Below are positions 10,082 to 20,139 of a stretch of DNA of 64,000 bases, in pieces (positions within the stretch are counted from its first letter, which is position 1; every line of letters begins with the position of its first letter). Source of the stretch: an uncultured Bacteroidota bacterium. Lineage in GTDB: Bacteria; Bacteroidota; Bacteroidia; Cytophagales; Cyclobacteriaceae. The notes below the pieces were generated by a model. It made no database searches and had not been told where the DNA came from. It saw only the letters and a program-made list of their open reading frames with translations. Both the position numbers and the translations under genes were made by a program. The DNA is taken from positions 46,750 to 110,749 of the forward strand of contig CAWEZB010000017.1 of NCBI GenBank assembly GCA_963813425.1, read 5' to 3'.

Positions 10082-10814
10082 TGCTATCTTGATAGATGAT
10101 GAAGCGCATTGCCTGGACTCGCTGAGTATTCTTCTCAATAAATTATGTCCGGACGTCCAGATAGTGCAGCGATGCCTGTCGCCAAAACAGGGGTTGGAGG
10201 CCGTCATGAAGTACAAAATAGACCTGGTGTTTCTCGATGTTGAAATGCCTTCGATGAATGGATTTCAATTTCTTGAGCAGTTTAACGAGATTCCGTTTTC
10301 AGTTATCTTCACCACCGCGTACGACAAATATGCCATCAGGGCAATCCGATTTAGTGCATTGGACTATTTACTGAAGCCAATTGATTCAAAAGAGTTAGTA
10401 GCGGCGGTTCATAAAGTCGGAGTGCACAACCATCAACCTACAAGCGAACAGTTTCGTATGTTACTGGATAAAATACAGAATAAAGAAAACGCCCTGACAA
10501 AAATTGCTGTTCCAATAGCGGAAGGATTTGAATTGGTAAAAACCGATGATATCATAACCTGCGAAGCAGATAATAATTATACTTACCTGCATCTCAAAAA
10601 TAAAAGGAAGATCACAGCGTGTCGCACATTGAAAGAGGTGGAAGAGCAGCTTGAATCATTCTCTTCATTTATCCGCGTGCATAACTCCTACATTGTTAAT
10701 CTGAATGAGGTAACGAAATACATCCGTGGTGATGGCGGTTACTTGACCATGAGCGATGGCAGTATGGTCGATGTATCACGGAGCAGAAAGACAGCCCTCC
10801 TGAAATTTTTCTAA
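10074..10814 (+). CDS. LytTR family response regulator
   Basis: Receiver domain (IDDE, FLDVEMP, DYLLKP) and LytTR domain (FIRVHNSYIVN); overlaps the kinase stop. Confidence 0.93.
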   Translation: MINAILIDDEAHCLDSLSILLNKLCPDVQIVQRCLSPKQGLEAVMKYKIDLVFLDVEMPSMNGFQFLEQFNEIPFSVIFTTAYDKYAIRAIRFSALDYLLKPIDSKELVAAVHKVGVHNHQPTSEQFRMLLDKIQNKENALTKIAVPIAEGFELVKTDDIITCEADNNYTYLHLKNKRKITACRTLKEVEEQLESFSSFIRVHNSYIVNLNEVTKYIRGDGGYLTMSDGSMVDVSRSRKTALLKFF

Positions 10815-10999
10815 ATTTTCTCAACGCTTCCGTCCTTAAATCTTCTTTAGCCTGATTGCCTGTCCCCCTGTTAAGGCAATCGCTCGGTCACCTTTGTAAT
10901 TTAAATCCCAGTACTACAGACTACTCAACGGTTCCCGCTCGTGATGACTTTCGCGCGTAAACAATTTTCAAGATCAATCACCAAATAAAATCAACGGTC

Positions 11000-11740
11000 A
11001 TGAAAAACTACAGCGTCATTGTTATTATATTCTTGCTTACGCAGAATTGCGCTTGGGCGAAATTGAGAAATGGGTACGAAAAAGATATTCACTATGTGCG
11101 AGAAAGTCTGAAAAACTACAATGACATTCTTAATACGAATAAAGACTTGCCTTCGTCGGACAGACGAAAAATGAATGCCAGGATAGATGAATTAATAATC
11201 TACCAATCTTATTATGAGTTGACCGAGGAATTACTGAATCAGTTCAAACATATTTCCCCTGACCTTTACTACCGAATTGACTCAATAAGAGATGCAAAAG
11301 GTAGATTCACGGACGTTTATGTAAAATTTATTCCTCGTGAAGAGGCAACAATAATGGCTGCGGGTATCACGCGCATGGCACAGTCGGATGAGGATGAGGA
11401 TGCATGTTTTTCCGAGTACGGCAAACATAGTGTTTCAGTAACGGTCTGGATTTTTGCGAAATCCCTTCTCGTCTTATCGCACGAATTCGGTCACGTAAAT
11501 TATCAGGTACCCAACCTTTCAGCCTATATTGAATATTATCGAAACGAGTACGTCCCTTCCTTAACTGAATCAAATTACCGCGGACATACGGCCAATGACC
11601 CAAGTGGCAGGAATGCATCTAGTTTTGAAAGAGCATTCAGGAAAGACTTCTTCAATTACCTTCGATTTAGAAATAAAGGTGTTTCGTTAGAGTCTCCGGC
11701 TGCTCTTGTTGTGGAAATGAAGCGAGAAAGCAGAAAGTAG
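11000..11740 (+). CDS. Secreted hypothetical protein with HExxH (possible zincin) motif
   Basis: Signal peptide and the motif LSHEFGH. Confidence 0.6.
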   Translation: MKNYSVIVIIFLLTQNCAWAKLRNGYEKDIHYVRESLKNYNDILNTNKDLPSSDRRKMNARIDELIIYQSYYELTEELLNQFKHISPDLYYRIDSIRDAKGRFTDVYVKFIPREEATIMAAGITRMAQSDEDEDACFSEYGKHSVSVTVWIFAKSLLVLSHEFGHVNYQVPNLSAYIEYYRNEYVPSLTESNYRGHTANDPSGRNASSFERAFRKDFFNYLRFRNKGVSLESPAALVVEMKRESRK

Positions 11741-12028
11741 AAAGCATAAAGCTCGAAGGCTAAAGCGTGCAAACTTGAAAGTGTTGTGTGAGAAAAGCCA
11801 AAGCAGTCAGCGCACAGCTTACAGCCTTTTTTTTGTGCGCAACTTTGGTTTACAAGTAAGTTGCGACTTTGCGTGAAAATTTATTTTCCTTAGCAATCTC
11901 AAATTTTGCAAAGAGACGGTGCGCTACAAGCCTTAATCATCAATTTAAAATCCTTTGCGAACCTCTGCGCCTTTGCGCCTCTGCGGTAAAATTTAGACCA
12001 CCGTTTTAAGGCACTCAACATTCAACTT

Positions 12029-12396
12029 CCTACTTTGTCAAGTTACGATTATCTCGTGTCGAGTAGATTTGCCCAAGGAGTTTGCAAGCAGAGTGAGCAA
12101 TTTTGTTGGGCCCGTTCTCAGCGCGCTCGGCGTTAAAAATTCGATGAAATACTTCAAATTAATAGTCGAGATTTGCTTGGGCGACGTGGATATCGATTGC
12201 GTCACAGGCACGGAGGAATCAGGAACCTTTCCTACGAAGGACGTATCGACCCACGGCTTGGCCGTCTCTGCGTTCTCGTGTCGAGTAGATTTGCCCAAGG
12301 AGTTTGCAAGCAGAGTGAGCAATTTTGTTGGGCCCGTTCTCAGCGCGCTCGGCGTTAAAAATTCGATGAAATACTCAAATTAATAATCGAGATTTC
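12029..12396. repeat. Second, rearranged copy of the MITE-like element with an internal 222-bp-period direct repeat
   Basis: CCTACTTTGTCAAGTTACGATT (12029-12050) is identical to 5631-5652. A ~122-bp direct repeat lies at 12053-12174 and 12275-12396. Segment 12210-12314 resembles 6025-6130. Confidence 0.7.
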
Positions 12397-12439
12397 AATG
12401 GACTACACCTAATATGTCTCCAGATTTTTTCTTCGGCAA

Positions 12440-12474
12440 CTTCAAACCTCAAACCTCAAACTTCAAACTTCAAT
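12440..12474 (+). repeat. Short 7-nt tandem repeat (C[T/C]TCAAA)x5
   Basis: cttcaaacctcaaacctcaaacttcaaacttcaat. Confidence 0.6.
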
Positions 12475-12567
12475 CTCTTCCCTAATAAGCTTTTATTGTA
12501 AAAATATAAATCGTAAATCATAGAGAATATTTTGAAAACGGAATTTAAAACAGAACAAACTGCTACT

Positions 12568-13773
12568 ATGAAAAGAAGTTCTTTCATGAAAAGTATGGGC
12601 GCAATGGCTGGTGGTCTCTTGCTAAAAAACAATGCACTTAGCGAGTCAATGCATGATGAATATCCGGAATTAGCAAAACATAAAATTGAAAAGGCCGACG
12701 TCGTCACGCTTGACTACCATTGGCCAAGGTTCGTTGGGCGCAACGGATCAAAGGACATTCATGGTCAACATCAAAAGACCACAGCGCTTCGCGTAAAAAC
12801 AGATCAGGGCGCTGAAGCTTGGGGAATGACAGACAAAAAAGTAAGCGAATCGATCTCGAGTTTAATTGGAAAGAAAGTTATTGAGGTGGTAACGCCGACT
12901 CACGGTTTGATGAATGGCTTCAACACCTTCCATTACGATTTCGCAATGTTCGACCTGATGGGCGTTATTTTGAAAAAACCTGTTTATCAAATTTTAGGAT
13001 CGAAGGGTCCGACCAGCCTGCCTGTTTATAGCGGAATGATCTACATTGACGAGTTGCCATACAAAGAAGTCAGAGGCGGCCTTGAAGTAATATTACAGAA
13101 TTGTGCGTGGGATTATAATCATGGATATCGACAGTTGAAAATAAAGATCGGCCGGGGATATAAATGGTATCCGGCCAAAGAGGGTATGGAAATGGACATA
13201 AAGGTTTTTAAGATGGTTTACGCCGAATACGGTAGCAAAGGCGTGGAGCTATTGGTAGATGCAAACAACAGTTACTCACTTCAAGATACCATCACGTTTC
13301 TAGAGGGGATAAAAGGGATCCCATTGTATTGGATGGAGGAGCCATTTCAGGAGCAGATTGATGACGGCAAAAAATTACGCGCATGGATGGACAAGAATGG
13401 CTTCGAAAAAACAAAATATGCCGACGGCGAGTGGGTTTGGCCAGACGCGGATGATGTCGCGCTTGAAATGGTTCGGCAAGGGATCGTGAACACATATCTT
13501 AACGATATCCACGCCTATGGAATCACAAACTGGATGAAAGCAATGCCCATTATAAAAAGCGCTAATGCTGATGGAAGCCCTCACGCATGGGGAGATCAGT
13601 TGAAGACGCATTATGCAACGCATCTGGCTGCAGGACTTGGTCATATATCGACCATCGAAGGAGTCACCTGTATCTCTGATGATATAGACTATGGAAATTA
13701 TCCGATCAAAGACGGCAAAATTTCAGTATCACACGAGCCAGGGTTCGGCATGAAACTATTGAAGGGAAATTAG
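12568..13773 (+). CDS. Mandelate racemase/muconate lactonizing enzyme (enolase superfamily), Tat-like leader
   Basis: KxK motif (QLKIKIG), LLVDAN, WMEEPF, DGE and GFG near the C-terminus; leader MKRSSFMKSMGAMAGG. Confidence 0.8.
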   Translation: MKRSSFMKSMGAMAGGLLLKNNALSESMHDEYPELAKHKIEKADVVTLDYHWPRFVGRNGSKDIHGQHQKTTALRVKTDQGAEAWGMTDKKVSESISSLIGKKVIEVVTPTHGLMNGFNTFHYDFAMFDLMGVILKKPVYQILGSKGPTSLPVYSGMIYIDELPYKEVRGGLEVILQNCAWDYNHGYRQLKIKIGRGYKWYPAKEGMEMDIKVFKMVYAEYGSKGVELLVDANNSYSLQDTITFLEGIKGIPLYWMEEPFQEQIDDGKKLRAWMDKNGFEKTKYADGEWVWPDADDVALEMVRQGIVNTYLNDIHAYGITNWMKAMPIIKSANADGSPHAWGDQLKTHYATHLAAGLGHISTIEGVTCISDDIDYGNYPIKDGKISVSHEPGFGMKLLKGN

Positions 13774-13922
13774 TTTAGAATTGGGGGGAGACCGTTTGCG
13801 TCAAAATGCAAGGTATCCTTCGGAACCTTGCGTCCAAAGAAAGTTTTTTGGTCGTATCAAGTCATGGCATCATGCGCTGATAATGCTTTCAGATATTGGT
13901 TTAGCGCTACGCCATGAATTGG

Positions 13923-14180
13923 CTACAGCAATAATTTGCTTTTAATAACCATGAGTTTGTCCCGGGTCATCTCGTGCATGGTGTAAGGGATTCCACCCAA
14001 ACCTTCCCCCGAGGCATCTCTTCCTCCAAAAGGCATCCAGTCGACTCTAAAAGCAGTATGGTCGTTTACCATGACAGCCGTGGCGTTGAGCTTTTGTACC
14101 GTATCGAGGGCAACTTCAAGGTTTTGGGTAAACACCGCTGCTTGAAAATGGTAGTCCAATTTATTGGCTTCCTGTAGAAA
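13923..14180 (-). pseudogene. C-terminal fragment of an aldehyde dehydrogenase
   Basis: QEANKLDYHFQAAVFTQNL...VNDHTAFRVDWMPFGGRDASG; the N-terminal ~380 aa of an ALDH are absent. Confidence 0.75.
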
Positions 14181-14321
14181 AATTAGTTTAGGTTAGAAGG
14201 TCATTCGGTGCTCGTTGATATCAATTGTGTTAGATCCACAATGAACCCCGGTTTACTTCGAACCGTGATGTCCAATGCTTGAGGTGCTAGGGTAAACCCG
14301 CGCCAGGATAAATTTACATTT

Positions 14322-15847
14322 CTAAAAATTGTAAATAATTCCAAAATACCATCCAATCGGTTTTGCCTTAAAAGTATATTTAATGTCGTTCTGAAGTTCG
14401 ACTTCAGAGGAACAACGTCTCCAACTTTTAGCTGATCCAATTTAGGTTGGAAAGTCCAATATCGGACTGGCACTTAATCCGAATCGTGCAACAGGGATAG
14501 TAAACCCACCGCCAAGTAAAAGATAAGGCCTTGTTTTCGTGGGGTCCATCCCAATTTGAAGCAGGGGAGAAAAATACTTCGAATTCACTGAGAAATTCAA
14601 ATTCAGAAATGCTGCAGTTACAGCGCTGTTTCTGCTGATGGTATCATTTTGAACGAGGAATTTGTCATTTTCAGTTTTAAGGCTGAATCCTGGAATCTCT
14701 ACATCCAAATAGAACACACCTGCGCTTGCGATCGGAGTAATCCAGTCATATTTCTTGAAGGTAATCTTCACAGTATTTACGACCCGCGATTGCTTAAACT
14801 CCTTCTTATCACGGTCGTATTCGTAAATACTGATGTCGGCTTTCGCACTTAGTATTTTCCCGTCATCAAATTTTATTCCTCTCGTTTTATAATAGCCATC
14901 CCGGTCACCTTTATCCTTGATGGAGCTGTTCATAATCTCAATAATGGGTTTAAGTTTTTCAACTACGTCTCTGGCTTCTTTCAGGGAAGATTCGGTTTGT
15001 TTCATGTACTGAGGCCAGAGCACTCTTGAAGTACGTATCTAGCAAAGGATCTACGATATCAATATCGTCTACAGTTGAAGTCACCTCTGCTTGCAAAGTC
15101 GTTATTTCGTTAAAATCTTGGTTGTATTTTTTTATTGCATTGTTCACACTTTCTACACCCGGAGTGACTTGGGTTACATCCGTGATACCAAACAGTTTTG
15201 TAAAATGTTCGTCGACCTCTCCCTTATAATCGAAAGCAATTTTGTTATCAAGTGCGACAGAGTTTAGGCGTTAATTTATTAATAGCGATTCTCTCGGATT
15301 CAGTCAAATGCTTCTCTTGATTTGCCCTTAAATGAAGGTAAAGCAAGGTAAGATCGATACTTTTGAAGGGTACAATAACAATAGGATTCCTAGTCTCTGC
15401 CGGTAGTCTAATCATTCTTTAAGCATTTTCCTGTCTGCTTCTCTTGTTTTTGAAAGCTAGTACCACCTTTTCGCTTTTTGATTCGTCGATGTTTAAGCCA
15501 GTAACCGCTGACCCGAATTGACCCGCTAAAGCCGCTATGAATGCTTTTACGGCCTGATCTCTCTCGTCGTCATACACTGAGTCCTTCCATACTATTCGAT
15601 ATTTTAAAGGATTTTTCCATTCAAAGTACAGGTTGGTATAATTGTCCTTCACTAAAAATAATGTACTTTTTTCCACGGGCTTTTGATTCTCCTTTTTGTC
15701 CTGAAAAAATGTTAGTGATCCATCATCGTTTAGAATAAGGAACACGTGTCCCTGAGATATTTTGTGTCCGGTTTGTGAAAGACTTTTTTGAGCATGCGCC
15801 AAGGCGACGCATCCTACTAGAAGCAGGGTGGCAACGAGATTTTTCAT
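14322..15847 (-). CDS. Hypothetical secreted/outer-membrane protein, multiply frameshifted
   Basis: Signal peptide MKNLVATLLLVGCVALAHA. Fragments 15419-15847, 14959-15147, 14442-15023 and 14201-14473; the reconstructed C-terminus IGWYFGIIYNF* resembles a beta-signal. Confidence 0.55.
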
Positions 15848-16236
15848 ACGCTTAAATGGTAAAGGTTTTTTTGTTTTTCATCGCGAAAAATTTCTTGACT
15901 GATTTATTTCCAAAGGTTGTCTTTCTCTATCGTTGAAGTCAAAGTGAAAAAGACTGGATTTGTAAAAGGGTTTTCCCTGGAAGTGGGGGTGGGAAAAGAC
16001 GGTTTCGTCTCAATGCACAATCAATTTTTAGATGGATTAATCGCTTGCCTTTGAACCAGGATTTCAAAGCAGGCGAAATTCAAGTACGATATAAATTCCT
16101 TTTCCTCCGGATTTTCGGTAAATTCAGCATAGGTTATTCACGTCGTGGAAACTCATTCGGAGCCTGGCTTATGATTGCTGGCGGGTGTTCTCATTAGATT
16201 GAAAGAAAGATTTCTTAAAAAGAAAAACTCTTTTTT

Positions 16237-17517
16237 ATGAAATGCATTTTTTTAGTTCTCATATTTTTTATTCCTGCACTGCTCTTTGCACAAAAAAAAG
16301 TAATCTCGCTGCAAATTGATGGAAGCATCAATCCTGCATCAGCCGCATTTATTCACAGCGGTATTGAAAAAGCTGGTAAAGAAAACGCATCGTGTTTGGT
16401 TATTCACCTTAATACTCCCGGAGGTCTATTAAAATCAACGCGTGTCATTGTCAGTGATATTCTGGAGGCACCGGTACCTGTAGTGGTTTACGTTTCTCCC
16501 GGTGGCGCCCATGCTGGCTCGGCAGGAGTTTTCATCACACTCGCGGCCCACATTGCGGCTATGGCTCCCGGAACAAACATCGGCGCGGCACATCCTGTTG
16601 ATATGCAGGGTGGTTCAAAAGACACGGTCATGAACGAAAAAATGACTAACGATGCGGCAGCATTTATCCGCAGCATTGCAGAAAAACGAAAGCGCAGTGC
16701 ACAGTGGGCAGAAGAAGCTGTCCGGAAAAGTATTTCGATCACGGAGAAAGAAGCACTCGAAAAAAATGTTATCGACCTGGTTGCAATGAATACGTCGGAG
16801 CTGCTAAGTCTTATAGACGGGAAAAAGATTGTGACAACCGCTGGAACAATGACAATTAATACCCGCGACGCAAACATTGAACGCCTTGAAATGGGAGCTT
16901 TTGAAAAATTTCTTGATGTAATAAGTGATCCTAATATTGCATACGTGTTGCTGCTCCTGGGACTCTATGGTCTGGTGTTTGAACTCTATAGTCCGGGGGC
17001 GATTGCTCCGGGCATTATCGGCGTAATTTGTCTTACCCTCGCATTTTATTCTATGAATACTTTGCCTGTGAATTACGCAGGGTTAGCGCTCATCATTTTT
17101 GCAATCATATTGTTTGTTCTTGAGATCAAAATTGCAAGCCATGGTGTACTCACCATCGGTGCTATTATTTCTCTTTCCCTTGGATCACTGATGTTACTTC
17201 GTACAGATGAGGCAATAGCGTTCTATAGAATATCCTGGGGCGTGATAATTTCATCCGTAGTTTTTTCATCATTGTTTTTTCTCTTTGTGCTGGGGGCCGG
17301 ATTAAGGGCCCAGCGTTCGAAACCTGCTACGGGTTTGGAGACGATGATTGGAGAGACAGGCGAATCACTTGAAACGCTTGACCCTGCGGGGGCTGTCCTG
17401 GTTCATGGAGAAATATGGCAGGCGGAATCTCTTTCGGGAACCATAGACAAAAAAGCAAAAGTTCGGGTAGCACAATTCAAGAACTTGACGCTTCTCGTGG
17501 AGCGCATTAATGGCTGA
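16237..17517 (+). CDS. nfeD: NfeD family membrane-bound serine protease
   Basis: [25 protein letters not shown], several TM helices and a C-terminal OB fold (VHGEIWQA). Confidence 0.92.
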   Translation: MKCIFLVLIFFIPALLFAQKKVISLQIDGSINPASAAFIHSGIEKAGKENASCLVIHLNTPGGLLKSTRVIVSDILEAPVPVVVYVSPGGAHAGSAGVFITLAAHIAAMAPGTNIGAAHPVDMQGGSKDTVMNEKMTNDAAAFIRSIAEKRKRSAQWAEEAVRKSISITEKEALEKNVIDLVAMNTSELLSLIDGKKIVTTAGTMTINTRDANIERLEMGAFEKFLDVISDPNIAYVLLLLGLYGLVFELYSPGAIAPGIIGVICLTLAFYSMNTLPVNYAGLALIIFAIILFVLEIKIASHGVLTIGAIISLSLGSLMLLRTDEAIAFYRISWGVIISSVVFSSLFFLFVLGAGLRAQRSKPATGLETMIGETGESLETLDPAGAVLVHGEIWQAESLSGTIDKKAKVRVAQFKNLTLLVERING

Positions 17518-17531
17518 TAAATAATAAGGAT

Positions 17532-18299
17532 ATGGAGATAGTAGTCTTAGAGCTTGTGCTTATCACCGTTTTCTCAATTATTATTCTTGCGAATGCAATC
17601 CGCATCCTGCGGGAATATGAACGCGGTGTTGTTTTTCGCCTCGGGCGGCTAGTTCAAGGTGGAGTTAAGGGACCGGGCCTGGTGCTTCTCATCCCCATCG
17701 TAGACAGGATGGTAAAAGTAAGTCTCCGCACCGTGGTGATGGACGTTCCGCCTCAGGACATTATAACGCAGGATAATGTTTCGCTAAAAGTAAATGCGGT
17801 GATTTACTTTCGGGTAATTGTACCGCAAAAAGCCATTGTAGAAGTCGAGGATTTCCTCTCTGCAACTTCTCAACTCTCACAGACAACGTTAAGAAGTGTA
17901 TTAGGACAATCTGATCTTGATGACCTTCTTTCACAACGTGAAAAAATAAATCTGAAGTTGCAGCAAATCATTGATTCTCATACAGGGCCCTGGGGCATCA
18001 AAGTCTCTACGGTTGAAGTAAAGCAGATAGATTTACCACAGGAGATGCAGCGGGCAATGGCTAAGCAGGCAGAAGCAGAACGTGAACGGCGTTCGAAAGT
18101 AATCGCTGCCGAAGGAGAGTTTCAGGCTTCCCAACGATTAGCCGATGCTGCAAAAATTCTAAGCGATCAACCCAGCGCGCTCACGCTGAGATATCTTCAA
18201 ACCTTGCGCGAGATTGCAACGGAAAATAACTCGACTACTATTTTTCCAATTCCTATTGATCTTTTGAAGCCATTCTTGAATGCAGGAGAAAAAAAATAA
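17532..18299 (+). CDS. Stomatin/SPFH (slipin) family protein
   Basis: [29 protein letters not shown] and [10 protein letters not shown]; typical partner of nfeD. Confidence 0.93.
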   Translation: MEIVVLELVLITVFSIIILANAIRILREYERGVVFRLGRLVQGGVKGPGLVLLIPIVDRMVKVSLRTVVMDVPPQDIITQDNVSLKVNAVIYFRVIVPQKAIVEVEDFLSATSQLSQTTLRSVLGQSDLDDLLSQREKINLKLQQIIDSHTGPWGIKVSTVEVKQIDLPQEMQRAMAKQAEAERERRSKVIAAEGEFQASQRLADAAKILSDQPSALTLRYLQTLREIATENNSTTIFPIPIDLLKPFLNAGEKK

Positions 18300-18473
18300 G
18301 CGGCACGACTGAAGCACGTCGTTTAGCGGTAAATTTTTGAAAAACTATAGTTTAATTGTTGTTGTTATTTTTTTGTATGGTTAGTTCGGACTGTTCACAA
18401 CTTGATTATTGAGTTTTTGAGCGGAATTTGGTTTTGAAGATTGTCAGATTTAAAACTTAAAAAATTAAGTGTT

Positions 18474-18902
18474 ATGAAAAGACTAGAATATCATTTTTTT
18501 GCGAACCTTTTTGGTTCGAAGGGAAGTATCGAAAAAGTGGAAACTTCCAAAGAGGTTTTCACTACCTCTTCAGGACAGCCTCATGTTTTGCAAGAGAAAA
18601 TGAAAGAAAAAATGTTAAGCCATGGTGAAACTGTGACAGCAACCATTTCGCCAGTTCGGTTGGAGTCTACCTGGGGTAAGATGGCATTGTATTTTTGCCC
18701 GATGCAAACCCTTGACATCGCCGAAACGATAACACCCGGTGATGGAGGCGATATTCCGATGAACGTTGTGGTGGAAGGACTTACGGTTCCACCTGGTTGC
18801 AACTCAGGATTGTATGCGATGAAAAATGTAAAATTAAGTTCTAATGGGGCTATTCAGGTAATAGCCACTCGTGAAACGATCTTTGAAAGTGCCGACGTTT
18901 AA
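18474..18902 (+). CDS. Hypothetical protein
   Basis: ORF (ATG at 18474) followed by a hairpin at ~18915-18946; no motif recognised. Confidence 0.6.
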   Translation: MKRLEYHFFANLFGSKGSIEKVETSKEVFTTSSGQPHVLQEKMKEKMLSHGETVTATISPVRLESTWGKMALYFCPMQTLDIAETITPGDGGDIPMNVVVEGLTVPPGCNSGLYAMKNVKLSSNGAIQVIATRETIFESADV

Positions 18903-19125
18903 AACAAAAAGAAAGAGAGACTGCCTGTGTGCGACAGTCTCCCTTCTTCGAGGAATTCATAATCCTCGCATGCGACAGACATTATCACAAACCCGACAGA
19001 CCATCATTCGGTAACTAAAATGGCAGGAGCTTTATGTAAGACCCTGCGGAAATGTAAAAGTCACGCGAAATAACATTTTCAACTATGTTGTTCGTATCTT
19101 CATTTACGTTTGAAATTCATCCATC

Positions 19126-20058
19126 ATGTCAAGCCGGAGAGAATTTATAAAACATTCTACTATATTAACAGCCTCTTCGTTATGTATGACCCCATACTTT
19201 GAGCTTGCGCCGTCCTTAGAAATTTCCCTGGCGGAATGGTCTTTGCACCGCGGTCTGCAAGGAGGAACAATTGATCACTTGGATTTCCCTTCTATTGCAA
19301 TCAAACAATTTGCGATCAACGTAGTCGAATATGTAAATGGTTGTTTCGGCAGTTACAAAAGAAATTTTAAGGAAGCGGGAAAGGACATGGTTTATCTTCG
19401 CGAGCTGTTGAAACGAAGCAAGGATGCAGGTGTCACAAATCATCTCATCATGGTGGACGACGAAGGTTTTCTGGCAACACCCGAAGATAAGGAGAGACTG
19501 GCGGCAGTTGAGAATCATAAAAAATGGATTGATGCTGCGAAATTCCTGGAATGCAAAACAGTCCGTGTTAATCTTCATGGGCTTGGTGAGACGGCTGCAA
19601 AGAAAACTGCTTCGATAGATTCCCTTTCACGGCTTGGTGAATTTGCAAAGCCCATGAATATCAATATTGTTGTTGAAAATCATGGCAGTGATTCATCGAA
19701 GGGTTTTTGGGTGGCCGACGTAATGCGCCAGGTCAACAAAACTAATGTGGGCACGTTACCCGATTTTGGTAACTTTTGTATTTCCCATGAGTGGGGAACT
19801 ACCCAGGGCCAATGCGCTGAAATATATGATCGATACAAGGGGGTTCAGGAACTCTTACCCTTTGCAAAAGGTGTGAGCGCCAAAACCTATGATTTCGACG
19901 TTAACGGTGAACAGCCGAAGATCGACTACAGGCGATTAATGGATTTGGTAAAAGCCTCTGGATTCAAAGGGTATATTGGTATCGAGTTTGAAGGTGAAAC
20001 CCAACCCGAAGAAGAAGGAATAAAGAAGACCAAGGCGTTGCTGCAAAAGTTTCTGTGA
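19126..20058 (+). CDS. Sugar phosphate isomerase/epimerase (xylose-isomerase-like TIM barrel), Tat signal
   Basis: SRREFIK leader; ISLAEWSLH, VENHG, LPDFGNF and YIGIEFEG. Confidence 0.88.
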   Translation: MSSRREFIKHSTILTASSLCMTPYFELAPSLEISLAEWSLHRGLQGGTIDHLDFPSIAIKQFAINVVEYVNGCFGSYKRNFKEAGKDMVYLRELLKRSKDAGVTNHLIMVDDEGFLATPEDKERLAAVENHKKWIDAAKFLECKTVRVNLHGLGETAAKKTASIDSLSRLGEFAKPMNINIVVENHGSDSSKGFWVADVMRQVNKTNVGTLPDFGNFCISHEWGTTQGQCAEIYDRYKGVQELLPFAKGVSAKTYDFDVNGEQPKIDYRRLMDLVKASGFKGYIGIEFEGETQPEEEGIKKTKALLQKFL

Positions 20059-20139
20059 TCAATTGAATGAACGGTACGGTCATCACGTTCACCACTGCCG
20101 CTAACTAACGGATGGTCTATTTGCTTTTTCGATCATTTA

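Noticed and set aside
12038-12383. ORFs 12038-12322, 12069-12383 and 12173-12358 as repeat proteins
   Set aside because: They arise from the DNA duplication, and changes relative to the 6-kb copy are mostly non-synonymous in the frame checked.
13862-13918. Imperfect hairpin TCATGGC...GCCATGA as an integron attC site
   Set aside because: It lacks RYYYAAC/GTTRRRY core boxes and no integrase is present; more likely a terminator between convergent genes.
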